Below are positions 1 through 11,539 of a stretch of 64,000 nt of DNA, one piece after another (the stretch's first letter is position 1; each line of letters opens with the position of its first letter). Location of the stretch: the NCBI RefSeq assembly GCF_006345805.1, contig NC_042997.1:191580001-191644000 (forward strand). The letters run 5' to 3'. This stretch comes from Octopus sinensis. Lineage: Eukaryota. The translations under genes and the position numbers were made by a program. The notes under the pieces were generated by a model. It made no database searches and had not been told where the DNA came from. It worked only from the letters and a program-made list of their open reading frames with translations.

Positions 1-504
1 ATTATTCAAATAAATGTAAGATGTTTTAAAATGCTGCACTTCTTAGCATCTCTATTTCGAAGAAAAAAATGTAAAAACAGCTGAAGCAATTTTTATTTTT
101 ATAACACATTTTCTTAATAGCTTTGTTGCTCATAGGTTTCCAATGGACCAAACGGATTCATTGTATTTCCAATGGTAAGAAAGACAAGCAAGTGCTTGTA
201 CAACTCAGATGGAATGGTTATAGAGTATTTGTTTGATGCACCAATTTAATCAGTTTTATTGCCTATGTGCACATTTTTACCCCCTCGCCTCCACACTCAA
301 ACCTCTGTAGTTTCTATCAATGAAATTCCACTCTCAAGGTATTGATCAACTCCAAGCTATGGTAGGAGACATACCCAAGGTGTGTGTAATCAGATAAAAA
401 TATAGAATGACATGACTCCAAAGCAAACTTCTTGAACCACACAGGCCATGCACATACTCTGTGACAAGATGTTTGAAGTTATGTAATAAAATCTCTTTAC
501 ATCA

Positions 505-730
505 CTGATTTAACATCCACTTATTTGTGCTTGCATAAGTCAGATGGAATTCACTGAGGTAGCTATTCTACAACCTTTCCTGTTGTCAGCCCTCAGTTGT
601 TCCAGCTAAGAAAATATTTCTACATAACCAAACATAGAAATGAATGACAGCTTGCATGAAAATGACATTCTTTTACAACTATCACATGCTGTGAAGATGA
701 GAAGGCATAGATGTACACACATGTACATTA
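505..730 (-). mobile_element. Old RTE-tail-like repeat; related copies at about 37255-37490, 54400-54630 and 19260-19480
   Basis: Degenerate tttaacatccactt..catgcttgcat..atgcccttcct motifs shared with the younger RTE 3' ends in this window. Confidence 0.5.
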
Positions 731-2746
731 TAGGCCTCTTTCATGTTCTTTCCACCAAATCCTTTTACAAGGTTTTGGTTAGCTCAGGACTATAGTAGAA
801 GACACTTGTCTAAGGTGCCTCACAGTAGGATAGAACCTGAAACACTGTGTTTGGGAAGCAAACTCCTTAACCACATGGCCATACCTTACTCTGTGCAAGC
901 CAAAAAAACAACCTTTATATGGACACTCAGCCTACTAGAAATAGTTGCCAAATCTACCTCACTCTACTGCCTGAAGTCATACACATCCCTAAGTTAAGGA
1001 GAGATTCATTTGCTAATGAGTTTATTTAGCCAGGGTTGGCCAGGGGCTGCACAATAACAACATGACAGTGTTTTCAACTAGAATATTTTATAAGTTTAGA
1101 AACCTTTATAAATTTACTGTTATTTATTAAAATATTTTGGGTTTTAACACCATGGCAATATATTGCATAAGTGACTGACATCACAACATTTCCCCTGAAT
1201 GGAATGCCACTCCTTTGCAGTGTTTAAGGCCAGCAATTCTGAGGGAGAAGGCAAGTCAATTACATCGACCCCAGTACATGACAGGTACTTTATTTTATTA
1301 ACCTTGAATGGCAAAGCTGACCTCAGCAGGATTTGAATTTAAAATGCTAGTTAGATTTGGAAGAAATGCTACTGAAATACTGATTCTGCTAACTAATTGC
1401 ATTAAATTAATTATTACTGGAATTAATTTTCAGCATCTAATTTGTGCTATGCTTTACCATAATAGAATTAAATATTTTAAAACTGCATACAAATGCTAAG
1501 TCTGAATATATTAAGTAACTGCTTTTTCATGCAGCATCTTGGAAAAAAATAAAATACTTTTATTTTTTTCTACAAAAGATACATTAAAATATTTTATGTA
1601 CGAAAAATTAAATTGCTTAAACAATACTTCACATTTCCATTGTTTAATCACTAAATTGTCTGCATTGTTAAAATAGATAATTAGAACTAGTTGCATAATA
1701 TATATGATAGTTAATAGCAGAAGGAATGTAAGGAAAAGAATTAATAACTTAATGATTTGTTCAGTTAAAAAAAAGTAAAAAAAAAAAACAAAAAAAAAAC
1801 AAAGTACATACTGTTTAATGAAACTTAATAGATCTATTTGCTAGATGCATATTAAAAGTGATTACATGATTTTTTTTTTTTTTTTTGCAAATACATTTCA
1901 GATAAAATATATAAAACAGAATTTATAATCATTCCCCCCAAACCACCTCACTCCACCCCCACCCCAAGAAACCTCACCATACTTTTATGAAACATGTTAT
2001 CAGAAAGGAAAAATTGATTCTGAATTAAGAGTCCCAATTATCTTTCTAACTTTGTTAAAACTATGTAATCTAATATCAGAAATTAAGGAAGTTTTATACA
2101 TGTTATTTATCATCAATTGTTGTGAATTTTCCATTTATATAATTAGATTTCAATGTTGTTAAATACCAATTAAACAGCTGTTCCTTGTTACTGGAAGGAA
2201 AATGCTTAACTGGAATAAGTAAAGAGAATCACTTTGGCTTGAGAGTTGAAATTAGTCAAACCTCTTCCAGCTTCACAAAACCCAAGCCAATTATCATTGA
2301 ATTAGTCATAATAAGAATAAGTTAAAAAGTTTTATAACTGCAGATTAAAATTCTGTAGTGTGTATACAGAGAGCATTAAAAGTGTTTATTCACTGCGGAT
2401 CTATTCCGATAAAGCTAACAAGTTTCATTGGTCCTACACTAACACATGCACCTACCTACTGATTTCATAGTCACTGCACTACTTGCACATATGTTGCTTG
2501 CATCATGAGAAGAATAGTAATTATGTCAGAAGAGTAATAATTTCAGATGACAACTCAATTACACAATGAACAATGTCACAGTCTCAATGTACATATATAA
2601 CCTTTCATTCATTCACTCTTCCTACAGTGAACTACATAAGAGAGTAGAGTTACAGACTTATTTCATTTTTAATTAATTCCTTTATGCTGTGCTATATATG
2701 CACAGACATACATTTATTTATTTCTGCATTCTAATCTTTGTGTTAC

Positions 2747-3405
2747 AGGTGCAGGCATGGCTGCAGGGTAAGAAGTTTGCTTCTCAACCACATGGTGCCA
2801 GGTTTGGCCATGACACCTTGGGCAACTGTCTGCTTCTATAGCCTTGGGTGACAAAAACCTTGAGAGTGCATTTGGTAGACAGAAACTGAAAGAAGCCCAC
2901 CATCTACTCGTATGCATTTATATATGCATTTTTGTGTCTGTAAGGCAGTGAGCTGGCAGAAACGTTAGCACGCCAGGCGAAATGCGTAGCCGTATTTCGT
3001 CTGCCGTTACGTTCTGGGTTCAAATTCCGCCGAGGTTGACTTTACCTTTCTTCCTTTCGGGATCGATAAATTAAGTACCAGTTACGCACTGGGGTCGATG
3101 TAATAGACTTAATCCGTTTGTCCTTGTTTGTCCCCTCTGTGTTTAGCCCCTTGTGGGTAGTAAAGAAATATATATGCATCTTTGTGTCTGTGCTTGTCCC
3201 CATCACAGCTTGATAACTGGTGCTGGTGTGTTCACAGCCCTGTAACTTAGTGGTTTGGCCAGAATGACTGATAGAGCAAGTACTAAGCACCCACACACAC
3301 ACACCCAAAAAAAGTATTGGGGTTGATTCATTATATTAAAATCTCTTCAAAGCAGTGCTCCAGCATGGCCACAGTCTGAAGACTGAAACAAGTAGAGGAT
3401 AAAAG
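2747..3405 (+). mobile_element. tRNA-derived CORE-like SINE (family A), interrupted by a family B SINE
   Basis: tRNA-like head, accttgggcaa CORE-like block, central microsatellite, cagtc-n4-gactgaaacaagta tail. Confidence 0.85.
2942..3170 (+). mobile_element. Full-length tRNA-derived SINE (family B) nested in SINE A
   Basis: aaggcagtgagctggcagaa head, ggttcaaattcc B-box, cctttcgggatcgataaattaagtacc block; about 22-bp TSD tatatgcatYtttgtgtctgt at about 2920 and 3170. Confidence 0.9.
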
Positions 3406-3862
3406 ACTACCTCCTTCATAAACCAATCACCAGTATTATGGACAGTGACGGGCAAGGCTAGACTTCCATTAACTGAACTACAACAAATAAATATGTTTAG
3501 AGTTGCCTATTGTAGTTGTCCAGTGAAAACAACTAAAGACAAGTCACTGACTAATAATATTTTATTTTGATTTTTTTTTTAAAATCCTACTTTAGCTTTT
3601 TAATGTTTAAAGAGTCAAATATGTTTCCACCCACTTATCTATACAATTGTTACCTAGTTTGAAAACCAGGATAATAAAGTGAGCAATGGTGGGGATAAAA
3701 ATTTTATAACCAATCAACCAGTTTCAAATTATTTATGAAATGACTGGATAGTCTTCACTATTACTACTAGCACAATCCAACATGGACAGAAGTGTTTTAT
3801 AACACACTTGTACACTCTTAAACCTAATGGAACAATGAATAGCTTATTTTATGTGTAAATGA

Positions 3863-3965
3863 AAGCTATAATGGTATGCATATTACAAAATATGGAAAGA
3901 AGTCAAAACAAAGGACTTGCTATAATGATATGCATATTACAGAATATGGGAAGACTTGCTACAAT
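3863..3965. repeat. Degenerate short tandem duplication, unit about 54 bp
   Basis: gctataatggtatgcatattacaaaatatggaaaga versus gctataatgatatgcatattacagaatatgggaaga. Confidence 0.75.
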
Positions 3966-4429
3966 GAAAGAAAATAAGCTAGTCCCGACATACGTTACAA
4001 TTAATAAAAAAAAAGCTGTAACTGATACGTACAAGAGAGACAACTGTGCTGTTATGAGTATACTGCAAATAATGGGATAGTTCAGTGAGACCAAGTAGAA
4101 GATAAACAAAGAAGTAAAACAACCAAACAAGGGATGTGGTAGTTAAATTGAGGTTTAGTTCAGGATTCAGACAAGCCTTGGCGAATGTTACCATATTTCA
4201 GTCATTCAATCAACACCAGCATATTTGTGTAGCTGATCATGTTAATGATGATAATTATAAAAGGAAAGCATAGCATTTGTACAGCAATGTTTTAAATTGT
4301 ATCTGACACAATCCAGTTCTACAACTCCATTGCTCCTTATAAAACTACTTAGGCTGTTCTCTCTCATCTTTTCCCCACAATGCAGCTAATTTACTTCAGC
4401 CAGTTTTGAAGTAATTTCAAGTACTTTTT

Positions 4430-4780
4430 TTTACTTGTTTCAGTCATTGGACTGCAGCCAACCCGGAATATGGTCTTGAAGGGGTTAGTCATAAAAATAA
4501 ACCTTGGTACTTAATGTGTAAGCCAGGTTCTTGTGCTATCGGTCTCTATTGCCAAGCCTTAAGTTGCAGGGATGTAAACAAACCAATAAGTGGTTGGTGG
4601 GATGGAACAATACAAAGTTACACACACACACACTACAGGCTTCTTTCAGTTTCCATCTTTCAAATCCACTCATAAGGCATTGGTTGACCCAAGGCTACAG
4701 TAGAACATATTTGTCCAAGGTATCACATAGGACTGAACCTAGAACCATGTGGTTGGGAAGCAAATTTTCTAACACCTAGC
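4430..4780 (-). mobile_element. SINE family A, diverged
   Basis: ttacttgtttcagtcattggactg tail; gaaccatgtggttgggaagcaa head. Confidence 0.8.
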
Positions 4781-4946
4781 TAAGGAAAAATTTTAAACAA
4801 AATATTTAATGAATAACAATTAAAAAAATAGCATCAAAGAAAATCATTAATGCAGAGTCAATCTTAATTTAAAATACCGTATTTAAACAAGTATAAGGAA
4901 ACCCCTAATTCTGGGGACTTAAATTTGGAAAAAAGTTTTGTAAGGG

Positions 4947-5168
4947 ATGTGTATATGTTTGTGTGTCTGTGTTTGTCCCCCCAACATCGCTTGACAACCA
5001 ATGCTGGTGTGTTTACGTCCCCGTAACTTAGCGGTTCGGCAAAAGAGACCAATAGAATAAGTACTAGGCTTGCAAAGAATAAGTCCTGGGGTTGATTTGC
5101 TCGACTAAAAGGCGGTACTCCAGCATGGCCACAGTCAAATGACTGAAACAAGTAAGAGAGTAAAGAGA
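4947..5168 (+). mobile_element. SINE family A, 3' half, young
   Basis: Close match to the 3' half of the 9595 and 39158 copies; tail gtaagagagtaaagag. Confidence 0.9.
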
Positions 5169-5541
5169 TTAGCTAAATTATAAATGGAGAAGAGAGAGTT
5201 GGCGACAGTAGACCCTTAGATTTCTGAATTGGAGACTGTGTACTGATTCCACAGTTCTGAATAGTAGTAGTAATAGTAGTGGCCATGTTACTCATAGCTC
5301 TTCTGTCAGTTGTTACAAAGTTGATACTTAAATAACATCATAAATTTTCAGAGTATCTTTTATCTTTAACTTGTTGCAGTCATGCTGGGGGGATTGCCTT
5401 CAAGGACTTTTGTGCAATGAATCAACCTCGATACTTTTTTTTTCTTTAATGCCTGGTATTTTTTCTATCAGCCTCTTTTGCCATGTGGCTAAGTTATGGA
5501 GATGTAAACACACCAACACTGGTAGTCAAGCAGTGATGGAC

Positions 5542-5576
<35 letters not shown>

Positions 5577-5579
<3 letters not shown>

Positions 5580-5771
5580 TTAATCCAAACATGAAAACTC
5601 AACAACGTGAGGACGTGGAACAAATATAGTATTATTGGACGCTCAGGAAGGAAGGAAAGAAGGAGGGTTTTACGTTTCGAGCGGAGCTCTTCATCAGAAA
5701 CATAGGAAAAGGAAAGATCCAAAGAAGGGAAGACGGAGGTAAAAAATCATCAACAGTACACACGCGGTCAC
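5577..5771 (-). mobile_element. Penelope-like element pseudo-LTR fragment
   Basis: Inserted at (TA)n and carries a minimal type I hammerhead, both known PLE traits; no ORF present, so the class is inferred. Confidence 0.65.
5667..5701 (-). ncRNA. Minimal type I hammerhead ribozyme (PLE type)
   Basis: Minus strand GUUU-CUGAUGA-aGAGC-ucc-GCUC-GAAAC-GUA-AAAC: intact core, stem II GAGC/GCUC, palindromic ACGU stem III, stem I GUUU/AAAC. Confidence 0.8.
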
Positions 5772-7458
5772 ACACACGACAGGCTTCTTACAGTTTCTGT
5801 CTATCAAATCCACTCACAAGGCTTTGGTTGGACCAAGAATATAGTAGAAGACACTTGCCCAAAATGCCACACAGTGGGACTGAACCCAGAACCATTTGGC
5901 TGGGAAGCAAACTTCTTATCCTACAGCCACATCTGTGCCTATGCATCAAAATCTAATGTTTTAGCACAATGTCTGTGCTCATCTCTGTTGTGCATGTATG
6001 TATGGATGTATATGTGTAAGGAAGCATGTATGCATATGCAAGTGTGTAAATGGTTGCATGTATATGTCTGTGTGTCGGCTGGTGAGAAATATCAGTCATG
6101 GAAAATAAGGAAAGAAAGACCATGGAACCAAGCTTCTACACTGACAAAAATGAATTTCTTTAATACAGAGATGATTGCAAATTATGCAGCTGAAGATGAA
6201 AAAGAGAGAATTCACAGAAGCTTCTAGTGCAATATGATTAGCAAAAGTAAAGATCTTATGCTTGGAAAGACAAATATATTGGCAAAGCTCAAGAGAATCT
6301 TTAAATGATTCTTGATGAAAATCTGCAGAACTTTTGAAGAATTCCAGAAATTTATCAAGGGTAATGCTGTGCAGTAAATTATAAAGGATATGAAAGCTGT
6401 CCAATAATAAAGAATATAGTAATGGAGTGGCGACCAAGGGAATAGAAAGAAAACAAGACTGATTCTTGAAACAGTTTGCTATCTCATTCATTAGTACTTT
6501 GAGACTGTACAGCTAAAAGCTAAGCGGAAAAGCAATTTCATATTTACTTTACAAAAAGTTTTCTGTTTTGTATTCCCAATCTTAATCTGTGAATGAGTTT
6601 GAGTTAATGATCAATAAAACAGGGATTTAAACTTAATGGTTGATTTATCAATTTGTTTTAGAAGCTGTGTATCTATGACCAAGACACATATTTTATAGGG
6701 GTATGGCTGTGTGGTTGAGAAGATTGCTTTCCAGCCAAGTGATCTCAGGTTCAGTCCCATTGCATGTCACTGTGAGCAAATGTCTTCTACAGTAACCCAG
6801 GGCCAACCAAAGCCTTGTGAGTGGATTTGATAGATAGAAACTGAAAGAAGCCCATTTCATGTGCGTGTGTGTGTGTAATATATGAGTGTATGTATGTGAG
6901 TGATTGCGCATGACCTTGCAGGTGGGACCCAGTTAGAATTTTCATCAGGTCAAGTAGGCCATCCCGCACAAAAGATCCTTGAATAAGGATTGTTTAACCA
7001 TATTGAACAAAACACCTCTGTTCCCAAAGGTGAATTATCCAATATTATTATACACCGATACATTTGGAATCATGTCCTTGTCTTTTTGGTTACAGTACAC
7101 TTCAGTCTTCTTTGGGTACCAGTTGTTTTCTCTAATATTCTGTCACAAGAGAAAGGCAATACTTGAAATGCTAAAACAATAATTAACACACAAGTCTCCA
7201 ATCCAATGTAAACCACAACATACTGCAAAGTAATATGATCGTCTTAATGACAATCTAAAATATTCTTCAAGTGGTTGAGATCTAAAGAAAATTTTAATGT
7301 AAAAAATAGCAGCCACACTTAATATTACGTCAGTCAATGTCAAAGTACACATTTTTTTTAACAAAATAGAAAAAGAAAGAAAAGCTATTCTTCACAAAAA
7401 TACTTGTTTCTTGAACTAAATGTCTGAGATCAGTTATTAAGATTATAATTTTTGCACC

Positions 7459-8601
7459 AGTGGCTTCCAACATTTTCTATGTCCCCCAAGAAATATTTGA
7501 TTAATTTTCACACCTTCTACAAAAGCAATATCACATTTGAAGATGATAACATCAGTTTTCTAATAACTAATTTGTTTTTTTAAATATACTGAACCACATA
7601 GAGTACAGTGGGTAAACAAATTGAACTAAAAAACTTTTTTTTTTTTCACTCAGTGCATCAAATGCAAATCAAAATTGAGCAATTTGATAAAACTGCTCAC
7701 AGTGAAATCAATCACAATTGCGAACATAAAACTCACTGACTTCTTTGTTTCTGCTTCAGATTCATAATTTTATAAAAACACAGAACTCTTGCTGACTGAA
7801 ATCTGCTCATTTACCTGTCAATTCAGATAATTCCGAGATTTTGTGTTCAAAGACAAAAGGGAGCTGAATATAGAGTCTATCAAGTGTATCATTGCAAATA
7901 GAATGGGGATGCAGTCCTATATCATCATCATCACCGTTTAACGTCCGTTTTCCATGCTAGCATGGGTTGGACGGTTCAACCGGGGTCTGGGAAGCCAGAA
8001 GGCTGCACCAGGCGCCAGTCTGATCTGGCAGTGTTTCTACACCTGGATGCCCTTCCTAACGCCAACCACTCTGTGAGTGTAGTGAGTGCTTTTTATGTGC
8101 CACCAGCACAGGTGCCAGGCGAGGCTGGCAACGACCACGATTGGTTGGTGCCTTTTACGTGCCACCGGCACGGAAGCCAGTCAAGGCAGCGCTGGCATCG
8201 GCCACATTCAGATGGTGCTTTTTACGTGCCACCGGCACAGGGATCACAACTACAATTTCCATTGAGTTTTGATGTTGATGTACTTGACTCAATAGGTCTC
8301 CTCAAGCAAAGGGTCGAAACGGTGTTTCTTTACTTGCCACCTGTACAGGAGTCAGTCCAACGGCACTGGAAACTGCCGGGTGCCAGTCATAAGATTGGTT
8401 CAATTTCAATTCCGATCATATTCTCTTAAAAGTTAAATCCATGTGCAATAATAATAAAGTTCTTGGTGTTCCTAACAGAATAAAGTTATTTGTAAGAGTT
8501 AATAATTTTCTTCTGTAAAACGATTTTAATAAAGTACATCTCTCCTGAAATGTCATTTTGCACTCCCTGGAGGTTTTAGCATACCAAGTTGGAAACCCCT
8601 G
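7459..8601. mobile_element. hAT (Charlie-like) non-autonomous relic containing an RTE insertion
   Basis: Imperfect TIRs cagtggcttccaac ... gttggaaacccctg; right flank ttctagtc resembles the Charlie target; TSD not matched. Confidence 0.45.
7922..8415 (-). mobile_element. RTE LINE 3' UTR fragment
   Basis: (ATG)n tail, ggaagggcatccag block, four gtgccggtggcacgtaaaaagcacc-like units. Confidence 0.8.
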
Positions 8602-8783
8602 TTCTAGTCTATGTAGAGTGAACATTTACAAAAGTATGTACACTTACGTGTTGATTGATTTATGCTCTGATTATAATCAGATGACTCCTAGACAGAATTT
8701 GAGCTAAATATTTTATTTCTAAATTAAGAGTAGCAATGTGTTCATCTGGCAGCTTACTCATATTAAAATCCTGCAATAACCTA

Positions 8784-9199
8784 TTTCTTTACTACCCACA
8801 AGGGTCTAAACATAGAGAGGACAAACAAGGACAGACAAACGGATCAAGTCGATTATATAGACCCCAGTGCATAACTGGTTCTTATTTAATCGACCCTGAA
8901 AGGGATGAAAGGCAAAGTTAACCTCGACGGAATTTGAACACAGAACGTAGCGGCAGACGAAATACTCATTTCTTTACTACCCACAAGGGGCTAAACACAG
9001 AGAGGACAAACAAGGACAGACAAACGGGTTAAGTCGATTATATCGACCCCAGTGCGTAACTGGTACTTATTTAATCGACCCTGAAAGGATGAAAGGCAAA
9101 GTCGACCTCGGTGGAATTTGAACTCAGAACATACCGGCAGACGAAATACCGCAAAGTATTTTGCCCAGCGTGCTAACATTTCTGCCAGCTCGCTGCCTT
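8784..9199 (-). mobile_element. SINE family B head-to-tail dimer (full plus 5'-truncated copy)
   Basis: Full copy 9199-8968 and partial copy 8965-8784 share one TSD ctgcaataaccta (8771-8783 and 9203-9215). Confidence 0.9.
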
Positions 9200-9594
9200 A
9201 TTCTGCAATAACCTAATCAATAAAAAAGTTCCATGTGACAACTGCTTTTGGCTTCCTTAAATATCTTGTAATATTTAGTCTGTTGAGTTCAAATCAGATC
9301 CAACAGATTGCTTTGAACTTAGAAGGATTTTAAATGTTATGCATTGGAAACAATATAGCTAGATGGTTGAACACTAAGTAACTGACCAAAAGGTTCTCAG
9401 ATCAAACTATGCCAGCCACTACTATATCAATGGCTTTCAGCAAATCATATCCCCAGTCAACTGGCTAACAATGCCAGTCAAACTTACTGGTGAAATTGTT
9501 GAATGTTAGAAAAGCATCTAGAGCTACAAAACATTAAAATACTGGAATTTCCTTAAATGATTAATAAAAATATTTTTTTAATGGTATTATTTAT

Positions 9595-9985
9595 AGGCAC
9601 AGGTGTGGGTGTGTGGTAAGAAGCTTGCTTACCAACCACATGGTTCCGGATTCAGTCCCATAATGTGGCACCTTGGGCAAGTGTCTTCTGCTATATCCTT
9701 GGGTTGACCAAATCTTTGTGAAAGGATTTGGTAGGTGGAAACTGAAAGAAGCCCGTCGTATATATATGTGTGTGTGTGTTTGTGTATGTATGTATGTGTG
9801 TCTGTGTTTGTCCCCCATCATCGCTTGACAACCGATGCTGGTATGTTTAAGTCATGGTAACTTAGTGGTTCGGCAAAGAGAATAAGTACTAGACTTACAA
9901 AGAATAAGTTCTGAGGTCGATTTGTTCGACTAAACGTGGTGCTCCAGCATGGCCACAGTCAAATGACTGAAAAGAATAAAAGAAT
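9595..9985 (+). mobile_element. SINE family A, full length
   Basis: Head with ggattcagtccc B-box-like motif, CORE-like block, microsatellite, hairpin tail. Confidence 0.92.
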
Positions 9986-9987
9986 TA

Positions 9988-10445
9988 TGCCATGCTTGTG
10001 AAGATCCATCAAGCCAAGTAAAATCACAGTTGTGGAAGATACTGGTGTCATGCAAATGGCACCCATGCGGGTGGCATGTAAAAGCACCAGTAGCTTTTGA
10101 GTGTTGGGTCTCACGGAAGCAAAGTGACTGATGCCAGTGGCACATAAAAGGCTCCTTTTGAGTGCTGGGCCTCACAGAAGCAATGACCAAGACTTTTGGT
10201 ATTATGTCAGGCTTGAAAAGACCCATCAAGTCAAGTAAAATCACAGTCATGACAGATACAGGGGTCATGCTGGTGGTACATAAAAGCACCCATTACACTC
10301 TTGGAGTGGTTGGCATTAGGAAGGGCATCTAGCTGTAAGAAACCATGCCAAATCAGACTGGAGTCTGGCACAGCCTTCCAGCTTACCAACCATGGTCAAA
10401 CTGTCCAACCCATGCCAGCATGGACAACAGACACTGATGATGATG
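9988..10445 (+). mobile_element. RTE LINE 3' end with re-duplicated ORF-terminal segments
   Basis: gggcctcacagaagcaatgacc echoes of the RTE C-terminus, ggaagggcatctagctg block, gatgatgatg tail. Confidence 0.75.
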
Positions 10446-11120
10446 GACATGAAAATAATTGGTTTCTTAACTATGTGTCCATTTTTTAAAAAATTTTCTG
10501 TAATTTTTCACAAAATGAACAGAAAAATCAAATTCAAATTACAACCTTAAGATTTCTTTATCTGAAGTCAAAACCAATATTTGAAAAGATAACTTATGAA
10601 GTAAATATTCTAAAAAAATAAAAACATCCAAAACGTTTTTTTTTTAAACTAATGTAAATAAAAACGAAAATTTGCTCATTATTTCTCTTATGTATGAGCA
10701 GTTGGGTTAGAGGAGGGAGAGTGTAAGCGGCGAATAAATATTTAAAAAACAATACTAAAATAAAAGTAGTAGCTAAATGTGAAGGAAAAAAAACAAACGA
10801 ATGAAAGAAAATGTAAAGTTCAGCCTAAGGGATTTCAGGTAGAAGGTTTGTAGAAAATAGACTCGAGTATTACAAACATGTTTAGCTTGATCAAATATTA
10901 ATGTTTCACTATAGTATAGAGCCTGACTGAAAAGAAGCTAAGCTGAATATATTAAAAGACTGAACATAGGAGAAGACTGCTGAGGATCAGATTAGAGAAA
11001 ACATCTGGAAGGAGAAAATCAAAAGCTAACAGCAAATAGATGTGGTTGTATTTGTATGAAGGACAATACATAAATATCTATGTGTGTGTGTGTGTTTCTG
11101 GATGTGTGTGAGGATGTGAA

Positions 11121-11270
11121 TATAAATGGGACGATGATTGTGTGCATAGTATATTAAAACAAGCACATGTGGTTGGATATGAGATACAGTGTGTATATAA
11201 GTGGGACAATGACTGTGTACATAGTAATATATTAAACAGAGCAAGTACATGGTGGGATATGAGATAGTGA
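11121..11270. repeat. Tandem duplication, unit about 75 bp
   Basis: tataaRtgggacRatgaYtgtgtRcatagta...ggatatgagata present twice. Confidence 0.8.
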
Positions 11271-11274
11271 TTAT

Positions 11275-11437
11275 GTGTGTGTGTGTGTGTGTGTATGTGT
11301 GTGAGTGTGTGTGAGTGTGTGTGAGTGTGTGAGTGTGTGTGTGTGTGTGTGTGAGTGTGTGTGTGTGTGAGTGTGTGTGAGTGTGTGTGTGAGTGAGTGT
11401 GTGTGAGTGAGTGTGTGTGTGAGTGTGTGTGTGTGTG

Positions 11438-11476
<39 letters not shown>

Positions 11477-11507
11477 TGTGTGTGAGTGAGTGTGTATGAG
11501 TGTGTGC
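11275..11507. repeat. Compound (GT)n/(GTGA) microsatellite
   Basis: Directly visible; source of the His/Thr-rich pseudo-ORF. Confidence 0.98.
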
Positions 11508-11539
11508 GATTGCAGGTGTATATATGAGAAAGTATAATA

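Larger units (their letters stand above)
5360..5940 (-). mobile_element. SINE family A split by a Penelope-like insertion
   Basis: 3' half at 5360-5545 and 5' half at 5772-5940 flank (TA)n plus foreign sequence. Confidence 0.8.

Noticed and set aside
743-997. Recurrent peptides such as PNPLTRLWSA..YSRRHLPKVP..GTEP..MWL suggesting a gene family
   Set aside because: All are translations of SINE family A.
6905-6965. Second hammerhead (minus-strand CTGATGA)
   Set aside because: No stem II followed by GAAA; probably a fragment of another repeat.
7815-7863. Minus-strand exon LPFVFEHKISELSELT
   Set aside because: Lies between hAT-like TIRs and is more simply a transposase relic.
7962-8429. 155-aa ORF and similar ORFs at 18841, 32982, 50665 and 62311
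   Set aside because: Antisense translations of the GC-rich RTE 3' UTR.
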